From positions 248,001 through 312,000 of the forward strand of contig QPGO01000063.1 in assembly GCA_008632985.1 (NCBI GenBank): a DNA stretch of 64,000 nt. Reading direction: 5' to 3'. Made by a program: the position numbers and the translations under genes. Numbering within the stretch: position 1 is the first letter of the stretch; each line of letters opens with the position of its first letter. The notes below the pieces were generated by a model that saw only the letters and a list, made by a program, of their open reading frames with translations, was not told the origin of the DNA and made no database searches. Source of the stretch: Psammoneis japonica. Its lineage: Eukaryota. Positions 1-13,348 of this stretch are shown here, one piece after another.

Positions 1-2
1 AG

Positions 3-635
3 GCCGCCTCTACGCCCTGTCAGGACGGCGACCGTTGCACTTCGTTTGGAGGTGGCGAGGGCGATGCGGACCACTGCGATGGAGCCGGATCTTGCGTGGG
101 CACTCCTGTGGATTGCTCCTCGTTGGATGATCAGTGCAACGTTGGTGTTTGTAACGCCAGTACTGGTGCTTGCGAGGCTGATCCAAAACCCGACTCCACT
201 CCATGTGAAGATGGCAATAAATGCACCTCTGAGACTGGAGCCGAGGCCTCCAGTGACCATTGCTTCGATGGTGTCTGCACAGGCGTCCCCGTGGACTGCT
301 CTGGGTTCGAGCCTTGTACGGATGGCTGCGACCCTAACACAGGCTCTTGCATTGTGCGAGACAATGGCTACACCTACAAGTGCGGCACTACCATCTACCT
401 TTGTGGGGTGAAGGAGGACGAGTTGACTGTATCTGGAAAAGGAAAGAAGAAGTCATATCAACTTGGTAACTGCGGTATCGGAAGTGCCAGACGCTTTGAA
501 GAATTGGACGATACCTGTCTCGGGGCCGCCCTGCCCGACATTTGTGATAATGGAGCTGACCGCTCAAACACTGTTGTTGCCGAATGTGTTCCTGGTGTAG
601 GCTGGCACAATTGTGACATTCTACTTGGCGATTAG
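3..635 (+). CDS. 3' part of a Cys-rich repeat protein (Dictyostelium-type C-x-D-G-x-x-C-T repeats), probably extracellular; 5' end lies before the window
   Basis: Frame is open from position 3 (AASTPCQDGDRCT...DHCDGAGSCVGTPVDCS) and the unit repeats (STPCEDGNKCT...DHCFDGVCTGVPVDCS). Stop TAG at 633-635. Confidence 0.7.
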   Translation, partial: AASTPCQDGDRCTSFGGGEGDADHCDGAGSCVGTPVDCSSLDDQCNVGVCNASTGACEADPKPDSTPCEDGNKCTSETGAEASSDHCFDGVCTGVPVDCSGFEPCTDGCDPNTGSCIVRDNGYTYKCGTTIYLCGVKEDELTVSGKGKKKSYQLGNCGIGSARRFEELDDTCLGAALPDICDNGADRSNTVVAECVPGVGWHNCDILLGD

Positions 636-1436
636 AGTACCTTCTTATCACAACGAGTGGTGCTGGTGCTGATTGGTAAGAATGGCATATATGTTGAGCG
701 TGCCTGAAGCGCACGTTGAGTGTTGATCTAGCGACGCGACTCACATGAAGTTTCTCTTCCGTCTTTTGCGTAGTGCGGTAAGTGGCTGGATGGACGAAGT
801 GGTATTAGGCGTAGCGTAGAGATGGAGGTGAGGGATCGATGGAATTTGGCAGGAGTGGAGAGTGGTGGATGCATTTACATGATATATTACAGAAGGAAAA
901 GGAGAGACGAAGGAAAGGTGTCGTCAAGAGAAATACATATTATCGTCGATTTGTTTGCATATTTTAAATTTGAAGATATCGGTAAAGCCTTGGTCAATGG
1001 GACGAGAAAAATAAACGTTGTTTACGAGACAACGAAAAATCCTCATTGATGCAAGAGAAAAAACCTTTTAACTATACGTGAAACGACAGTGGTAGTCTAA
1101 TAACTGGCTTATAGAGCTCGGTATGGTTGAATGATGGCGTTGAGTTTCGTAGCATACAATTGTCGTTCGTGTGATGCATCAATGGAGCGACGAAAGATGC
1201 AAACCGGCGGCATGGTCAATGGTCGATCGACCGGTGTGGTGGCAGTCGGCCTATGCACACACCCTTCGTCGCTATTCAAGGCCTCACGGAAGAGGAGCTG
1301 TCGCACGGTTGTTGCAATCGTCGTGACAACTAATTTCTGTCATCTACTAACTTGTTATCAATCCCAGCTTTCCGAAGCTTGCCAAGAAGCAGAAAAGTGC
1401 AGTGGTTGCAACCGATAAATGATGCCAACTGCGTTC

Positions 1437-2528
1437 TCATTGCGTGGATTTGCGCCTTCTCCATGCATCCTCGCAGATACGAGGTGCCGGAATCCAAGTT
1501 CCAAAGCATGCAAAATCAGGGCGATACAGGTTGCATATATCGACAAGAGTAGCATTAGCGTCAGGCTCTGCATACATAACATGCTGTATTGTCTTTTTGG
1601 CAAGATCATTCTTGTTGATGTTGCGCGAGTGATCTGGCTGTTTGGATGTATCACGTAGAAAGGCATGTGCATCTCTCGCAACGTCCTCAGGAATGCCCAA
1701 ATATGCCACCATGGCATCCCAATCATCCAACAGCGTCTCCAGCCTTCCAATAAAAGTCAAATTGGGAGCAAGGTTAGGTGAATCTGCAAGAAACCAGAGC
1801 TGCGGAAGCAAATGTTCGTTGTAGAATCGCCGTTTCACAGAAGCAAAAAAGGCTCTTGCGCGATCGGGTCCTTCTGGCATTCCAAGCCAATCTCCATCAC
1901 CCTCTCCATACCAGTGATATTTGCGGTTTGAGAATTGCAGCATCTGAGAATACATAGACTTGAATCTTGAGATGGGATCACGGAGAAAAGCAACTGCTCG
2001 CCAGGGTCCAGGATGTTCACGACGTGGGTGTACTTTACGTGTTTCACTAAGCCAACGTTGCCGTGTTTCGTTTCCTTCATACAGCGCTTTGACGATTCCA
2101 CTCATGAAACTTGACCCAGCTTTAAAAGAAGATCGCAAAACAACATCGGTGAATGGCAGAGGATCTGTGGTTGTAATTCTTGGCAGACTGTCGTATCTTC
2201 GACGTACGGTTGGATTGTCATCGTACGTTATTGGAGGAGGGATTTTGCCTTCCCATGATGCATAGAGACATGGCGAGTCGACAATACCGGTGTTCGATGA
2301 TGCATCCAGTTCCTGAGAGATCTTGCTTATACCGTATCCCTGAGTTCCACTTTGAAGCAAGGAAGAAGGCAAGGAAGGGTCTAAAACTTTATTCATGGTC
2401 CAAATCATGGAAGCCGCAAATGCAATTACCATTGCAAATACGATAATGTGGCTCTTCATCGACTTGCGCATTCGTGGAGGCATGGTTCCTCGTCTCCGAG
2501 CAAAAGGTTCTTCGACTTCAAGCATCAT
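1437..2528 (-). CDS. Golgi-type carbohydrate sulfotransferase (Sulfotransfer_2 family), type II membrane protein
   Basis: N-terminal TM (IIVFAMVIAFAASMIW), 5'-PSB-like FKAGSSF, 3'-PB FLRDPISRFKSMY, EHLLPQ, FIGRLETL, LYRPDFACFG. First ATG at 2528. Confidence 0.85.
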   Translation of the reverse strand: MMLEVEEPFARRRGTMPPRMRKSMKSHIIVFAMVIAFAASMIWTMNKVLDPSLPSSLLQSGTQGYGISKISQELDASSNTGIVDSPCLYASWEGKIPPPITYDDNPTVRRRYDSLPRITTTDPLPFTDVVLRSSFKAGSSFMSGIVKALYEGNETRQRWLSETRKVHPRREHPGPWRAVAFLRDPISRFKSMYSQMLQFSNRKYHWYGEGDGDWLGMPEGPDRARAFFASVKRRFYNEHLLPQLWFLADSPNLAPNLTFIGRLETLLDDWDAMVAYLGIPEDVARDAHAFLRDTSKQPDHSRNINKNDLAKKTIQHVMYAEPDANATLVDICNLYRPDFACFGTWIPAPRICEDAWRRRKSTQ

Positions 2529-2909
2529 TTTCGAATCAATCCTTCTTGTTTCGTTTTGCTCGTCTTGGTTTCTCCAGAGGATACGCCACTCCACGCTTGA
2601 CGCTGAATTTCTTCCGTAAGAGGTCCAAGGCACAACAACAGCAGTACAGTGAGGGAGGAAGAAGTGATTCGATAAACTCGAACGTACGCGCGAACACGAG
2701 GCCAAAAGAAACTCAAAATCGCACCATGAGTTGCCATGGGCGGAAGAACGAACAAATCTACAGTGCTACTCTACTCTAGAGAGGGCCTCTCTCTGAGTGG
2801 CCGGTCTTAAATTTCCGTGGACGAAAAAGAAAATAAGCCTGGCCACAGCGCTCCACTCTCTAGCTATTCATAGAGAGTAGAGTAGCTGTAGAGAGTAGAA
2901 ACTCTGGAG

Positions 2910-4400
2910 AACACTGTAAAGAACGAACAATAATCTCCCAGGTCTGCCCAGGGAGTGCATCTTGTAGCTGCATGGTCTGGCCGGTGGTCGACCTGCCCCT
3001 TTGACACCTCTTGACACCACCTCGAACACAAAGACAGACACGATTGCTGATTGACAGCCAGACCGTCGCAATTCGCTCGAGCGAGCATGGCGAGAATGAC
3101 AGAAAACGCAACACCGTCGCGGGGAAGCAAACAGGCGCATCCCAATAAGGAGCAGAAAAAAAAAGGGAAGAGCAGTGAATGGAGAAAATGATGCCACAAT
3201 TGCCAATGAAAACAAAAAGAAACAGAACAATGAAAAGCTGCTGGGAGAAGCTGGGAAGCCCGGAGCAGCTCCGCACACAAAAAAATGCAAAAAAGAAGGG
3301 AGACCAGCCCCCTCAAGCTCCCAAGACAGAAGACAAACCCTGTGCCGGAGGAAGCAAGAAACAAGCCAAAACAATGATCAATGCTGTTGCCCCAGCAGAG
3401 GCCCTTGCCATCACAGACAATGATTGAGTGCTGGTGCCACAAAAGAGACAAGTGTGCAAGAGCTGCGGACAATCGACGGTGATTGGCAGACTCAGTGAGC
3501 TAGATGACAGTGGATCCTCTCAAAAAAGCAAGAACAGACATCTGGAAGAATCACCACAGGAAACTTGGATCAGGGCCTTGGACCCCAGTCCAGAGGCCAG
3601 CAAGAATGAAGATGAGCCAGCGGGACCTGTGTTTTGGCCAACGGGCAAAAACCACTTGAGAGCTCTTCAGACAACAGTGAACAGGAAGAGGAGGAACAAG
3701 AGAAGCAGTCTCTAGCCACTTTCAGTGCCACCAGCAGGAGCCTCAAATTCACCAAAGAGGAGGAAAGTCTGGGCAGCAACAAGGGTGGCAGGCTCACTTG
3801 CGCCGATGCAATGCAGCGCATTTGTCGTGATGTGCCCCAGAGAAGGCACTTTGAGCTGTCACCAATGTGATGCATCTCAAGAGCTGGCAGCATGCAAAAA
3901 GCATTGGGGGGCAAGGCAGCCATTGGCACTTGGGGCCCAGAACTCCAGATGGTGTCTCAGAAGAAAAGTTGCAAAAGAGTGCAAAGCACCAGTCAGTTGA
4001 ACTTTTGGTGGCAGACTGTCTCAATCCAAGAGTCAATCAAGAACACAAGTCACACTGCCAGATCAGGCTAATTGCCACAGACAATGCCAGTGCAGAGGTG
4101 GAGAGGAAATGCAGAGAGAGAAGCTGCTTGGAACATTTGGAGAAATTGAAAAAAGCGAATTCACAGTCTCTTGGAATGCAACTCCATGTCAGTGGATGGC
4201 TCCACATGAACGCCAAGACTGTGAGCAAGAGAGCCCTTCAACCATCAACTCAGAAAAGCTCTGGGATTGGCAAACAAAAGAGAGCATGTTGGCTTTCAAT
4301 GGAGAATGACCATGTTGCCCAATGGATGAAAATTCAGCAGGCATTGTGGGCCTGAAAGAAAAATCGAGCTCCAGCACTGACAGGCAAACCATCAGACAGA
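2910..4400 (+). mobile_element. Degenerate unclassified repeat/TE remnant
   Basis: TA- and CG-poor composition like the adjacent identified TEs, fragmented ORFs, no recognisable motif. Confidence 0.35.
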
Positions 4401-4689
4401 CAGAGCTCTCTGATCAACTTGAACCAAGTCAGATCAATGACCACATCAATCAGATGAAGTGGTGGACTTCCTCTCTCCAATTGACTCTCATCCTCACAAT
4501 TTCTCTAACCTGCCAGTGGAACCACCACATTCTTTCAGGTTTGAGCCCAAGCAAGTGTTGCATTGAGCCTCTCTCACCACACTCTTGGCTCTTCTTTTTG
4601 TCCTTTCTTGTTTTGCACCATTGTGCACTCATCTCAGTCGCTGCTCATGACACTTCACCCATCGCCCGCCAATGTTTTGGGGCACCTGC

Positions 4690-7600
4690 TCCATGAGAAT
4701 CCTCGTGGCACTCTCCGCAGTGCTCTGCTTTGCCGCCATTAGCACCATCGATCCTCAAGCCACCCACCACAAATGTCGTGAAGGAATGGCCACCAACACC
4801 AAACTTGCCACTGCTCTGGCCGCTCTTGCTGCTGCAGTCAACAATCTCAACGCAGGCACCGCAGGAGGCTGTGCCGCAGCTGCCGTGCATGTGCTTGTCC
4901 TCGATCCCTTCGAATTGAATGATGCCTTCAACTTGAGCTCTTGCGTGGGAGAATCCGCTTTCAGGCAGGCATCAGCACCCATCGCACTGGCCTGGGACAG
5001 CAATGCTGAGACTTTTCCAGCATTCCTCATGCCACTCAAGGTCCAAGCCAGAGAGGCGCACTGGAGTGCAGCTGAACCTCAGGGCAGAACCACCATGAAT
5101 GGCTGTGACATTTTTGACGTGCATGATCAAATCACAAATGCCCAAGTCAAACCACTTGTGCCACTCATGTCAATGACCAAGCCAAGCAAAACTCCTAGGC
5201 CCTCCATCATTGCCTAAAGGATTCCATCACGGGTGCCATTCACAATGCTGTGTTTGGACAGCACAACAATGCTCCTGCTCATGAGGATGGTGTGGCCTTC
5301 TTGTGGAAACAACTCACTGCCTTTGCCATCACGTCCACCATTCAAATGAGCTCCTCTGCTCTGGATGACATTCTTTGCATGGATCCTGCTGAGTGTGACT
5401 TCCATGTCCCAACTGTCAACTCAAGATTGTCCAACTTGTCTGCCCTGGTCACTGCTCAGCATTGCACCTTGCATCATTCGGAGTGCATCCAGCATGCTGT
5501 CACTGTGTGTGGATGCATTCAACAGCCTCTTTTGTGGTCTCAGTGGGTCACCACCCAAACTGAGAAAACTGAAGCTGGTGCAGTTGCCAATGGCCAGGAT
5601 TTTGTGAACTTGGTGGCTCTCAAGTGTTCCAAGATTGTTGCCAAGGATGGTGACTTCAAGGCCTCCACCAACACCCTTCAAGAGGATGTGGTGGCCATGA
5701 TCACTGCCTCCAAGCACAAATGTGCTGCTGCCTCCCCCAAGAACTCACTGACCAATGATGCAACTCCTCCAGCCAAGAAGAAGAAGAAGAAGACACCTCC
5801 CTTTGCACGTCATTGCAAGACCTCCAATCAAGCTGGTGCAACCCCTCATAAGGTCAGCAACACCAAGGACTGGGACAAGAAGACCTGGCATTTCTGTGAT
5901 TGTCCCAATCATTGTGACCATTCAGGTGGCATGCTCACCCCACCTCCGAGTGCCGTGTGCACCTCAGCTGGCTCAAGACCAAGCAGGAGGATCAAGGTGA
6001 CCCCAGTGCTGACCTCAGCATGCAAGACACCAATGCACTGGCTTCTGCACCCCTGGCCAGTGATGGCATTGCAAATGTTGCCAACGATGCTGCCACCCTT
6101 CTGGCCAATGCGTGTGCTTTGCTGAGCGGCCACACCAAGATCCAGAATCAAATTGCCAATGCACTTGCCTCCCTGCAGGATGAACAAAGGTCATGCCACA
6201 GTGGCATGGCATTGATGTTCCCAGTCTTATTTCCATTGGACCTGTGCATTGCCCTGCCATGGCTCCTCCTTTTGCGTCGCATCCATTGCATCCCGCATTG
6301 CCTTCCTCACCAGTCTGCCTCCTCTGGCCATCAAACTCCGAGGGAGAGTTGGTCCCCTGCAAACCACTGTCCAATTTCTGTCTCCTACAAAGATGTCATT
6401 GTTGAGTCTCCATGACCTTTGTCATCAGTCAATGTCCCCATCCACTGGGTGCCACCTCAACTCTACAGTCCGAAACCAAACCCATCTGCTGCCATGCGAC
6501 CTTGTTGACACTGCCGCCGCCGCACCCCTGTTGGCCAACCAGCAAAGAAAGTGGGACGCCTGCTGTCAGTCCTGACTTTTTGGAACCTGTCATCTGCACC
6601 CCCTGTGTGCACCCTCCCTGGTGCAAACTGTGCTTTGATGAAAGGTGAGGCCTCTTCAGACACAGTCAGACAGCAACAACATGTTGAGACTGCAGTCAAC
6701 AATGTTGCTTCCACTTTTTCATCTCAACTGGGTGACTCACCCTGTCCCCAACAACAATGGAGAGAGCAACAACGCCCTTGATGACCTCAAGAGCCACCCA
6801 TTCTGCTTTGTTGTAGACACCAACAGCATTGAATGATGCATTGACACGGGCGCCAACCGATTTATCTTCAATGACATAAAATTGGTGGAGCAGGTCTTGG
6901 CTTGCGGACTTTCTTCTGGTGTTAAAGGCATGAACAGCAAACTGGTCAGAGTGCATGGATCTGGTGCAATGAAGCTGCCCCTGGATCAGATGATGGACAC
7001 ACTGACACTGTGCCAGCCAAGGGAGCTGTGTGCACACCTGCTTCTCCATGTGATCTGATCCCACCACAGTTGTTGATCAACTCAATGAAAGCCCAGGGAT
7101 GCATTGTTGAACACTCCAGTCATGACAATGTAATGCATCAGTTCTGGCGCTGCAGACCCGATGACCAGAAGTGGCAAAAACTCACTGCTGTTTCCTCCAA
7201 CAACTTTTTCTTCTTCAGCACCAAACTTGGGCACAAGTCCTTTTGCAACCATGCCCATCTCCACGATGCCAAGTGTTGCTTTGCAGTGATTGGAGACTCC
7301 TCCCTGCATGTGGTGAACGACTCCTTGGATGACAAATCCAAAAACACCAACTCCCACCAACAAGTGAGAGAACCAAGGGAGCCGTCAGTGAACCTGGGAA
7401 ACCTGAGGGAGCGCATCAAACCAAGGGAGCCATCAGAAACCCAAGGAAAACTGAGGGAGTGTGTCAAGTCCACCAAGAAAATGAGGAAGCCAAGTTCAGA
7501 TGATGCCCCACATGAGACACTGTGCAATGATTCTGACTTTGATCCAATTGCAAACAGCCCATGAACCACTGTGTTTGATAAAAACAACACCTTGACAGGC

Positions 7601-8420
7601 TCCACGGCACCATCAGACCTGGACATTGTCACCACCCATTGCAAAAAGTAGAAACTGGCCATGATCCATGAAACCCTGGGACACCTGAGCCTTGCCAAAC
7701 CAAGCTGATGGCACGTGTGGGACTCACACCCCAGGAGCTTGCTAACGTGGAGCCACCTGCATGCCCAGGTTGTGCCTGTGGAAAGGCCCAGCACAAACCA
7801 AAGGCAACCAAGGGCAAGAGGAACAGAAATGAGATCAAACCCGCTGCCACTCCCAGACAGGTCATGAGTGTTGACCAACTGGTGAGCTCCACACCCAGGC
7901 TGGTCCCTGCTCACCAGGGCAATCCTGCTGCCACCCGCTGTGATGGCACCACCATGTTTGTGTGCCACTTCTCCGATTTCACCTGCATGCACCTCATGAC
8001 AGTCATGGATGCCGCTGCCACCGTCAAGGCCAAACTTGCATTCAAACACATGGCACAAGCTTGCAGCACACAAGTCCAACATTGCCATGCAGACAATGGC
8101 CTCTTTGACACCAAAAACTTCAAGGCTTTGATCAAACTGCAAATCAGACCCTCAGCTTCTGTGGCATCAATGCTCATCACCAAAACAGCCGGGCCGAGAA
8201 CAGAACAAAAGACATCACCGCAGGTGCATGAATGGCCTTTCTGCATGCTGCCCATTGATGGCCCAAGGTGATGCACCCTTCACTGTGGCCCATGGTGCTC
8301 AAGAACTGCACCAATCTTTGCAATGCCTTTCCTGCCAAGCATGTGCTGGAAGTCAGAAGCAAAAGCAAGATTGTGAAACTGGCAAAGTTCAACAGCTCAC
8401 CTGAATCGCTGTTCTCCAGA
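4690..8420 (+). mobile_element. Ty1/copia (CoDi-like) LTR retrotransposon remnant: gag, protease, integrase; truncated before RT
   Basis: gag from MATNTKLATAL (4786); KTWHFCDCPNH knuckle; protease CIDTGANR (~6840); HETLGH...CPGCACGK zinc motif; integrase VSVDQ-like VMSVDQL, CHADNGLF, FCGINAHHQN, SLWPMVLK. Many stops and frameshifts. Confidence 0.9.
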
Positions 8421-10360
8421 TGGGCAAATTGGCACCACCAATCAACATCATTGAGAGATTGGCACTCTGTGCCAGTGTCAAGTGGCTGTGTTCAACAGGG
8501 TCACTCTGATTGGAGGCATCAGTCCTGGACATCCTCATCTTTCATTGGAAATCATGTTTGAAGAGTCTTTGCACTGCAGGGTTAGAGTGCAATTTGCCAC
8601 CTTGATCCACAAGCACACATTTGTTGTGGGATTTTTTGGTGAGTGCTCCTCCAGGAATTGGCTGATCCACACAATGGGAGCATGGCCTTGGAGACACAAG
8701 CAGTGCACCATGGAGACATCAGGTGTGTGGATGCAGATTGTGATCCAACAAGTCTCACCATTGAGACCTGCACAGTCCACCACATGGTCCTTGTTCTTGG
8801 ACTTAAAACCAGAGAATGCAAAATCCACAGTTGAGCCTTGATGCAGCTGGGCAGCAATCTGAGCAGAATTGAGTGGGGCCAGCCAGGTTCTTGGTCTGCT
8901 TTGCACAAATGCAAGAGGGGCAAGCATCCAAGGGGGCGTGCCACGGTCAAATCTTTTTGATGCCATCAATGTGTTGGTGAGCATTGTGCAAGCAATGAGA
9001 AGAGAGCAATCCACAGAAGAGGGCCACCCCAGCCTGGGACCAGCAACGCCTTTGAGAAAATTAGACACCTTCTCTTGGTCTCAGCCACTGGCTCTCCCAG
9101 ATCAAGGTTGTGTGCCTTCTGGCAACACTGGACATGCTGGTCAAAGGTGACCCCACCTCTGCCAGCCCACTTTGTGGTTGCTGTCTGAGAATGCAGGCAG
9201 TTTTTCCCAGCAGCAGTGGCAGCAGTCCCTTCCACTTGCCTCTCAAGTGCAAGAAAAACCTTGTGCCCATTCCAGGTGTGATTGAATGGATTGATGGGGG
9301 CCCACCTGGGTCCTTCAAAAACAAGTTGTTTGAGCACATAACTTTCCTGGTGCAAGGCAGTTGCAATGAGGTCCTTGTTGATTGCACCACAGTTCTTGGC
9401 ACAAATTTTGTCCATGACATCCAAAGTTTTGCAAACCACATGGAGTGGTGGAGCCAGAGTGACTGTGTTGAAATGGTGGCAGAGTTTCGCCTGGTAGAAC
9501 AGCTCCCCCCACTTGACAAAGTCACGCATCTGGGCAAGGAGAGAGGCCTTGCGCAAGTCTTGTTGTCTGACTCATCCTCCTTCTGAACATTGTCCAGCTC
9601 AGCCAGGCCCCCAGCCCACTTGGTGGGGCAACAATGTTGCTTGCAGCTGCAGCAGCTTGCCCCCCACACCTTTGGACAGTCTCCAGCTGTGCATGGAGTG
9701 CCTTGAGGTTCCCATTGGTGGCACCCTTTCTGAAAACCTCAATCATGTCCATGACAGACCATTTTGCACCAAAGATGGCCAGATGAAATGGGGCGCGCAA
9801 AAGATTTTGCTGCACAAGCCACGTGCAACTCAGTGTCTCCCCCCCCCCCCCCCCCCGACACATTCCAAGCAAGTCATGCAAACATGTCATGTGCTCTTTG
9901 TGTGCAAAAGACAAGTTCCAGTCACTGATGTGTAATCTTGGCCCATTTGTTGAGTTCCAATGCATCCCTTCCTTTCTGCGCAATTTCTGCATGAATTTGG
10001 CACCACGATTTCCCGTCTCACAAAAAAATGCCATGCTTGTGAAGAATGCACAACACAGTGTTCAACAAGACTCAATGAAAGAAAAATGCTTTTCCAGAAC
10101 TTTGCTCAATGGAGGACAGCTTTGGCAAATGTGCTTTGTGGCTTTGCAATGTCTGATTGTCACTTGCCATCAAGTGTTGAATCACACAGGAGAAGCATGG
10201 TGGAAATCTTCTGTGCACGACCCCATTTTTCAGATTTTCTGTCTGTCATCTTCCATGCAAAATGGTCTGTCATGAATCTTTGAGTGGTGGCATGTTCATG
10301 GGCTCCAGGCCTGAGACCCAGCCCAATCAGGCAAGCATCAAAAACAATGGTCACAACTTG
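8420..10360 (-). mobile_element. Second copia-like element (gag to protease) in opposite orientation, interrupted by a MITE
   Basis: gag-like NGHKVFLALERQVEG...TFDQHV...KAHN..LGEPVAETKKVSNFLKG. Possible protease LDTG near 8480. Confidence 0.65.
9750..10274. mobile_element. ~525 bp MITE-like insertion with imperfect terminal inverted repeats
   Basis: CATGACAGACCATTTTGCA at 9750 and its reverse complement ending at 10274. Similarity extends about 60 bp (AAATGGGG..GCA.A.AAGATTT). Confidence 0.7.
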
Positions 10361-12273
10361 CAAAAGGTCTTCTTTTGAGGGCAAGTGCAAAATGTGATGT
10401 TGCAAATGTTGTCACTTTCAGAAAAAGTGGTGTGAAAATGAGTGGTAGCTCATGCAAGGAATGCCAACCAATGGAAATGCATGACAGCAAACAATGAGTG
10501 ACAATTAAAATCCTCACATGAGTGCACCCCACACATGTCTTGGCATGTGCGCATCACACTCATGCAATGTCCAATGGGCAAAATGTCTTCTCTTTCACAA
10601 TTGCACACAGCTGCAATGAATGTTGCAATTGTGCAAGCAACCATGGACCTGCGGTGCTTGTCACAAAAATCTTCCAACTGCGGCAGTTTGCAAAGCCGTC
10701 ACAATGTCTGTTCTGGACTTCTGAACAAAGCAAGACATTGACAGCTCTGACAAAGTGAGCAAAGCATGCTCCAGTTGTTGAGAAACAGACAAAATGCAAC
10801 AGAAGACAGTGGATGCAGCAACCAACAGACATTTGAAAAATTTGTGGGGTTGCTCCTCTGTGCCACCCAGACATGGAGCTTTGTCATGCACATTGGCTTT
10901 GTTCCTGGAGCACCTTCCTTTTCCCTCTTTTAGAGTGCTGTGCAAGAGGAGGAGCAGACAGTTCCACTTCTGAACAGCAACTGCCACCTTCCTTCAGTGC
11001 TGTTGGTGTGAGGAAATGATGTTGTCATTTTGGCTGTCCTTGTTGGCCCCCACTCTAGACCAGAAAATGACTCTTGTTCCTGCCAAAACTCCAGTCTGTC
11101 CCTTGCCCCCAAAAACTTCAATCTGCTCCCCATTGTCTGGGTTTTTACAAAAAGAACATTTTGCGCACAAAACTTGCTAAGAGCAAACAATGACCACCCA
11201 GATCAGGTTCCACAAAGCTCAAACAGCACAGGGGTGGCACATTGAGAGAGTCTTTGCTGCACAGGTGTTGCGCAGCTCATTTTGGTGCTCTCATCACAAC
11301 AGGCAGCATTTGCACACCATCTCCACAGTTGCTTGAGCCTCAGACATTTTGACTGGCAAGGTCTTCTTCTGTCTCATCTTTCTTTTTACCCACTTCTTGA
11401 TTTCCAAAGCTTTCTCAGCAAAAAGGACATGAGAGCAGCTCTGGCTCTCACATGACAATGAACAACAACAACAACAGAAGGCTGGGGAGGTCACAATGTT
11501 TTCATTTCTTCCATGTCTTCACAGTGAGAAAAACTTGAGCATGCAACCAAAGGGTGCAGCGGACAACGGATGGACATGTGGACATCCAGAAAGGGAGTTG
11601 CACGCATGGAGCCAAAAAATGTGCGTGCACGTCAACCTCATTTCCACAAGCAGTGGCGGCACGGCAGGCAAAAAACACAACCATGGCAACCACAATGGCA
11701 AAAGCCACCACAAGTGCAGCGTTGCCTGCTGCCAGCAAATCATCGTTCACCTGAGCCCAATCAGGAAGATGTCAACATGACATCATGCGTGTCTTTTTGG
11801 TTGTCACGAGAGCAAGAGCCAAGCAATTAGATTGGTGTTCATGTTGGCAGGTTCACAGGATTGGGGTTAAAACGTGATCTGAATGGTGAAGGGGTGTGGG
11901 GTGAGCAGTTGTCACAAAGACCGCAAGTCATCCGAGCACCACACTGTCCAAAAATGGAACTTGGCTTCCAGGTTCCCGCCCAAACATTGCCCACAAATTT
12001 TTATTTGGCATTTAACAAGAGAAAATTCCAGGCCATTTTTCTGCATGTGCCTTGTGACCATTGAGGTTTTCATGCTCAATGACTGGCACAAATTGCTCAG
12101 TGGACTTTTGCACAAATTCCACTGTTTTCTGGGTTTTTGGGGTTAAAACGGTGGTTGCCGTTAAGTGCCGTTAAAAGAAAAGGGCCACATGATTTGTGAC
12201 CAGATGTGACTCTTGTCAAACAATGACTCAAGCCAGCCGGCATCTTGAATCAAAATTTGTCAAATTGGATGAC

Positions 12274-13348
12274 TGTGACAAAATGTGCGGCTGCTGCCAC
12301 TTTGGCAGCTCATCCCCTTGTGCTCTCTCAGGCTGGCCAACGGTGTTGGTGCACTGCTCACTCAAGATGGGGAAGGAATCCAGAATCCTGAGTGGGGCAT
12401 GGGTGGGTGGGCATCTGAGACTTTTGCAGGCGAGCGGCATTTGTTGCATGTGTCATTCGCATGACACGTGAGATGTGCAATGAACCATTCTACAGCAATG
12501 CTCCTGAAACTGCCTCCTTGCTTCTTGATTCTTTGTCCCTCTCAAACAAACACGAAGAATGAGGAGCTCTCTCTCAAACCATTCATGTCAGGCTGTCAGT
12601 TTCTCTGATGGAAGGACAGACACAAATGCAGCACATCAGACTGGACCGCAACGTTTCCGCCAAAATCCTTCCCACTTCCACACTCTGCTGTGACAGCAGC
12701 TGCTGCCACTTTGGTGGCTCCTCCCCTTGCACTCTCTCAGGCCAGTCAACAGTGGTGTTGGTGGCAAGCACTTCTTTGCTGGGCCAGTGCACTGCCCACT
12801 CAAGACAGGGAAGGAATCCAGAATCCTGAGTGTCTCCACCACAGGGCCAAATGGCGCCGAATTGGGAAGGGTGGGTGGGCACCGGCAGACAATCCAAAAT
12901 GACTTGGTGGGAGCAGAGGTGGGCAATGACCTCAAAGCATCTGTCCACAGAGGGAGTGGATGGAAGGGAGAATGAGAAGTGTTGTTGCAAAAGGAGGGGA
13001 GGAAAACTTTCTGGCAAGGCATGGAAAACCTTGATGCAAAACCTGGGCAAAAAACCTGGCCAAGCTAGAAAAAGCAGCATCTGAGACTTTTGCAGGCGAG
13101 TGGCATTTGTTGCATGTGTCATTTGCACGACACGTGAGACACACAACGAACCATTCTACAGCAATGCTCCTGAAATTGCCTCCTCGCTCCTTGATTCTTT
13201 GTCCCTCTCAAACAAACACAAAGAATGAGGAGCTCTATCTCAAACCATTCACATCAGGCTGTCAGTTTATCTGATGGAAGGACAGACGTCAACACAACAC
13301 GTCAGGCCAGACCACAATGTTTCTGCCAAAATCCTTCCTGCTTCCACT
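12274..13348. repeat. Tandem direct duplication (units ~12274-12682 and ~12689-13348, first unit internally deleted); possibly LTR-derived
   Basis: 12411-12680 aligns with 13077-13347. Both units start TGTGACA..CTGCTGCCACTTTGG. Differences are mostly CG/TG/CA swaps. Confidence 0.85.

Noticed and set aside
11500..11830. hAT transposase fragment (DMWTSR)
   Set aside because: Single short motif in degenerate DNA; insufficient support.
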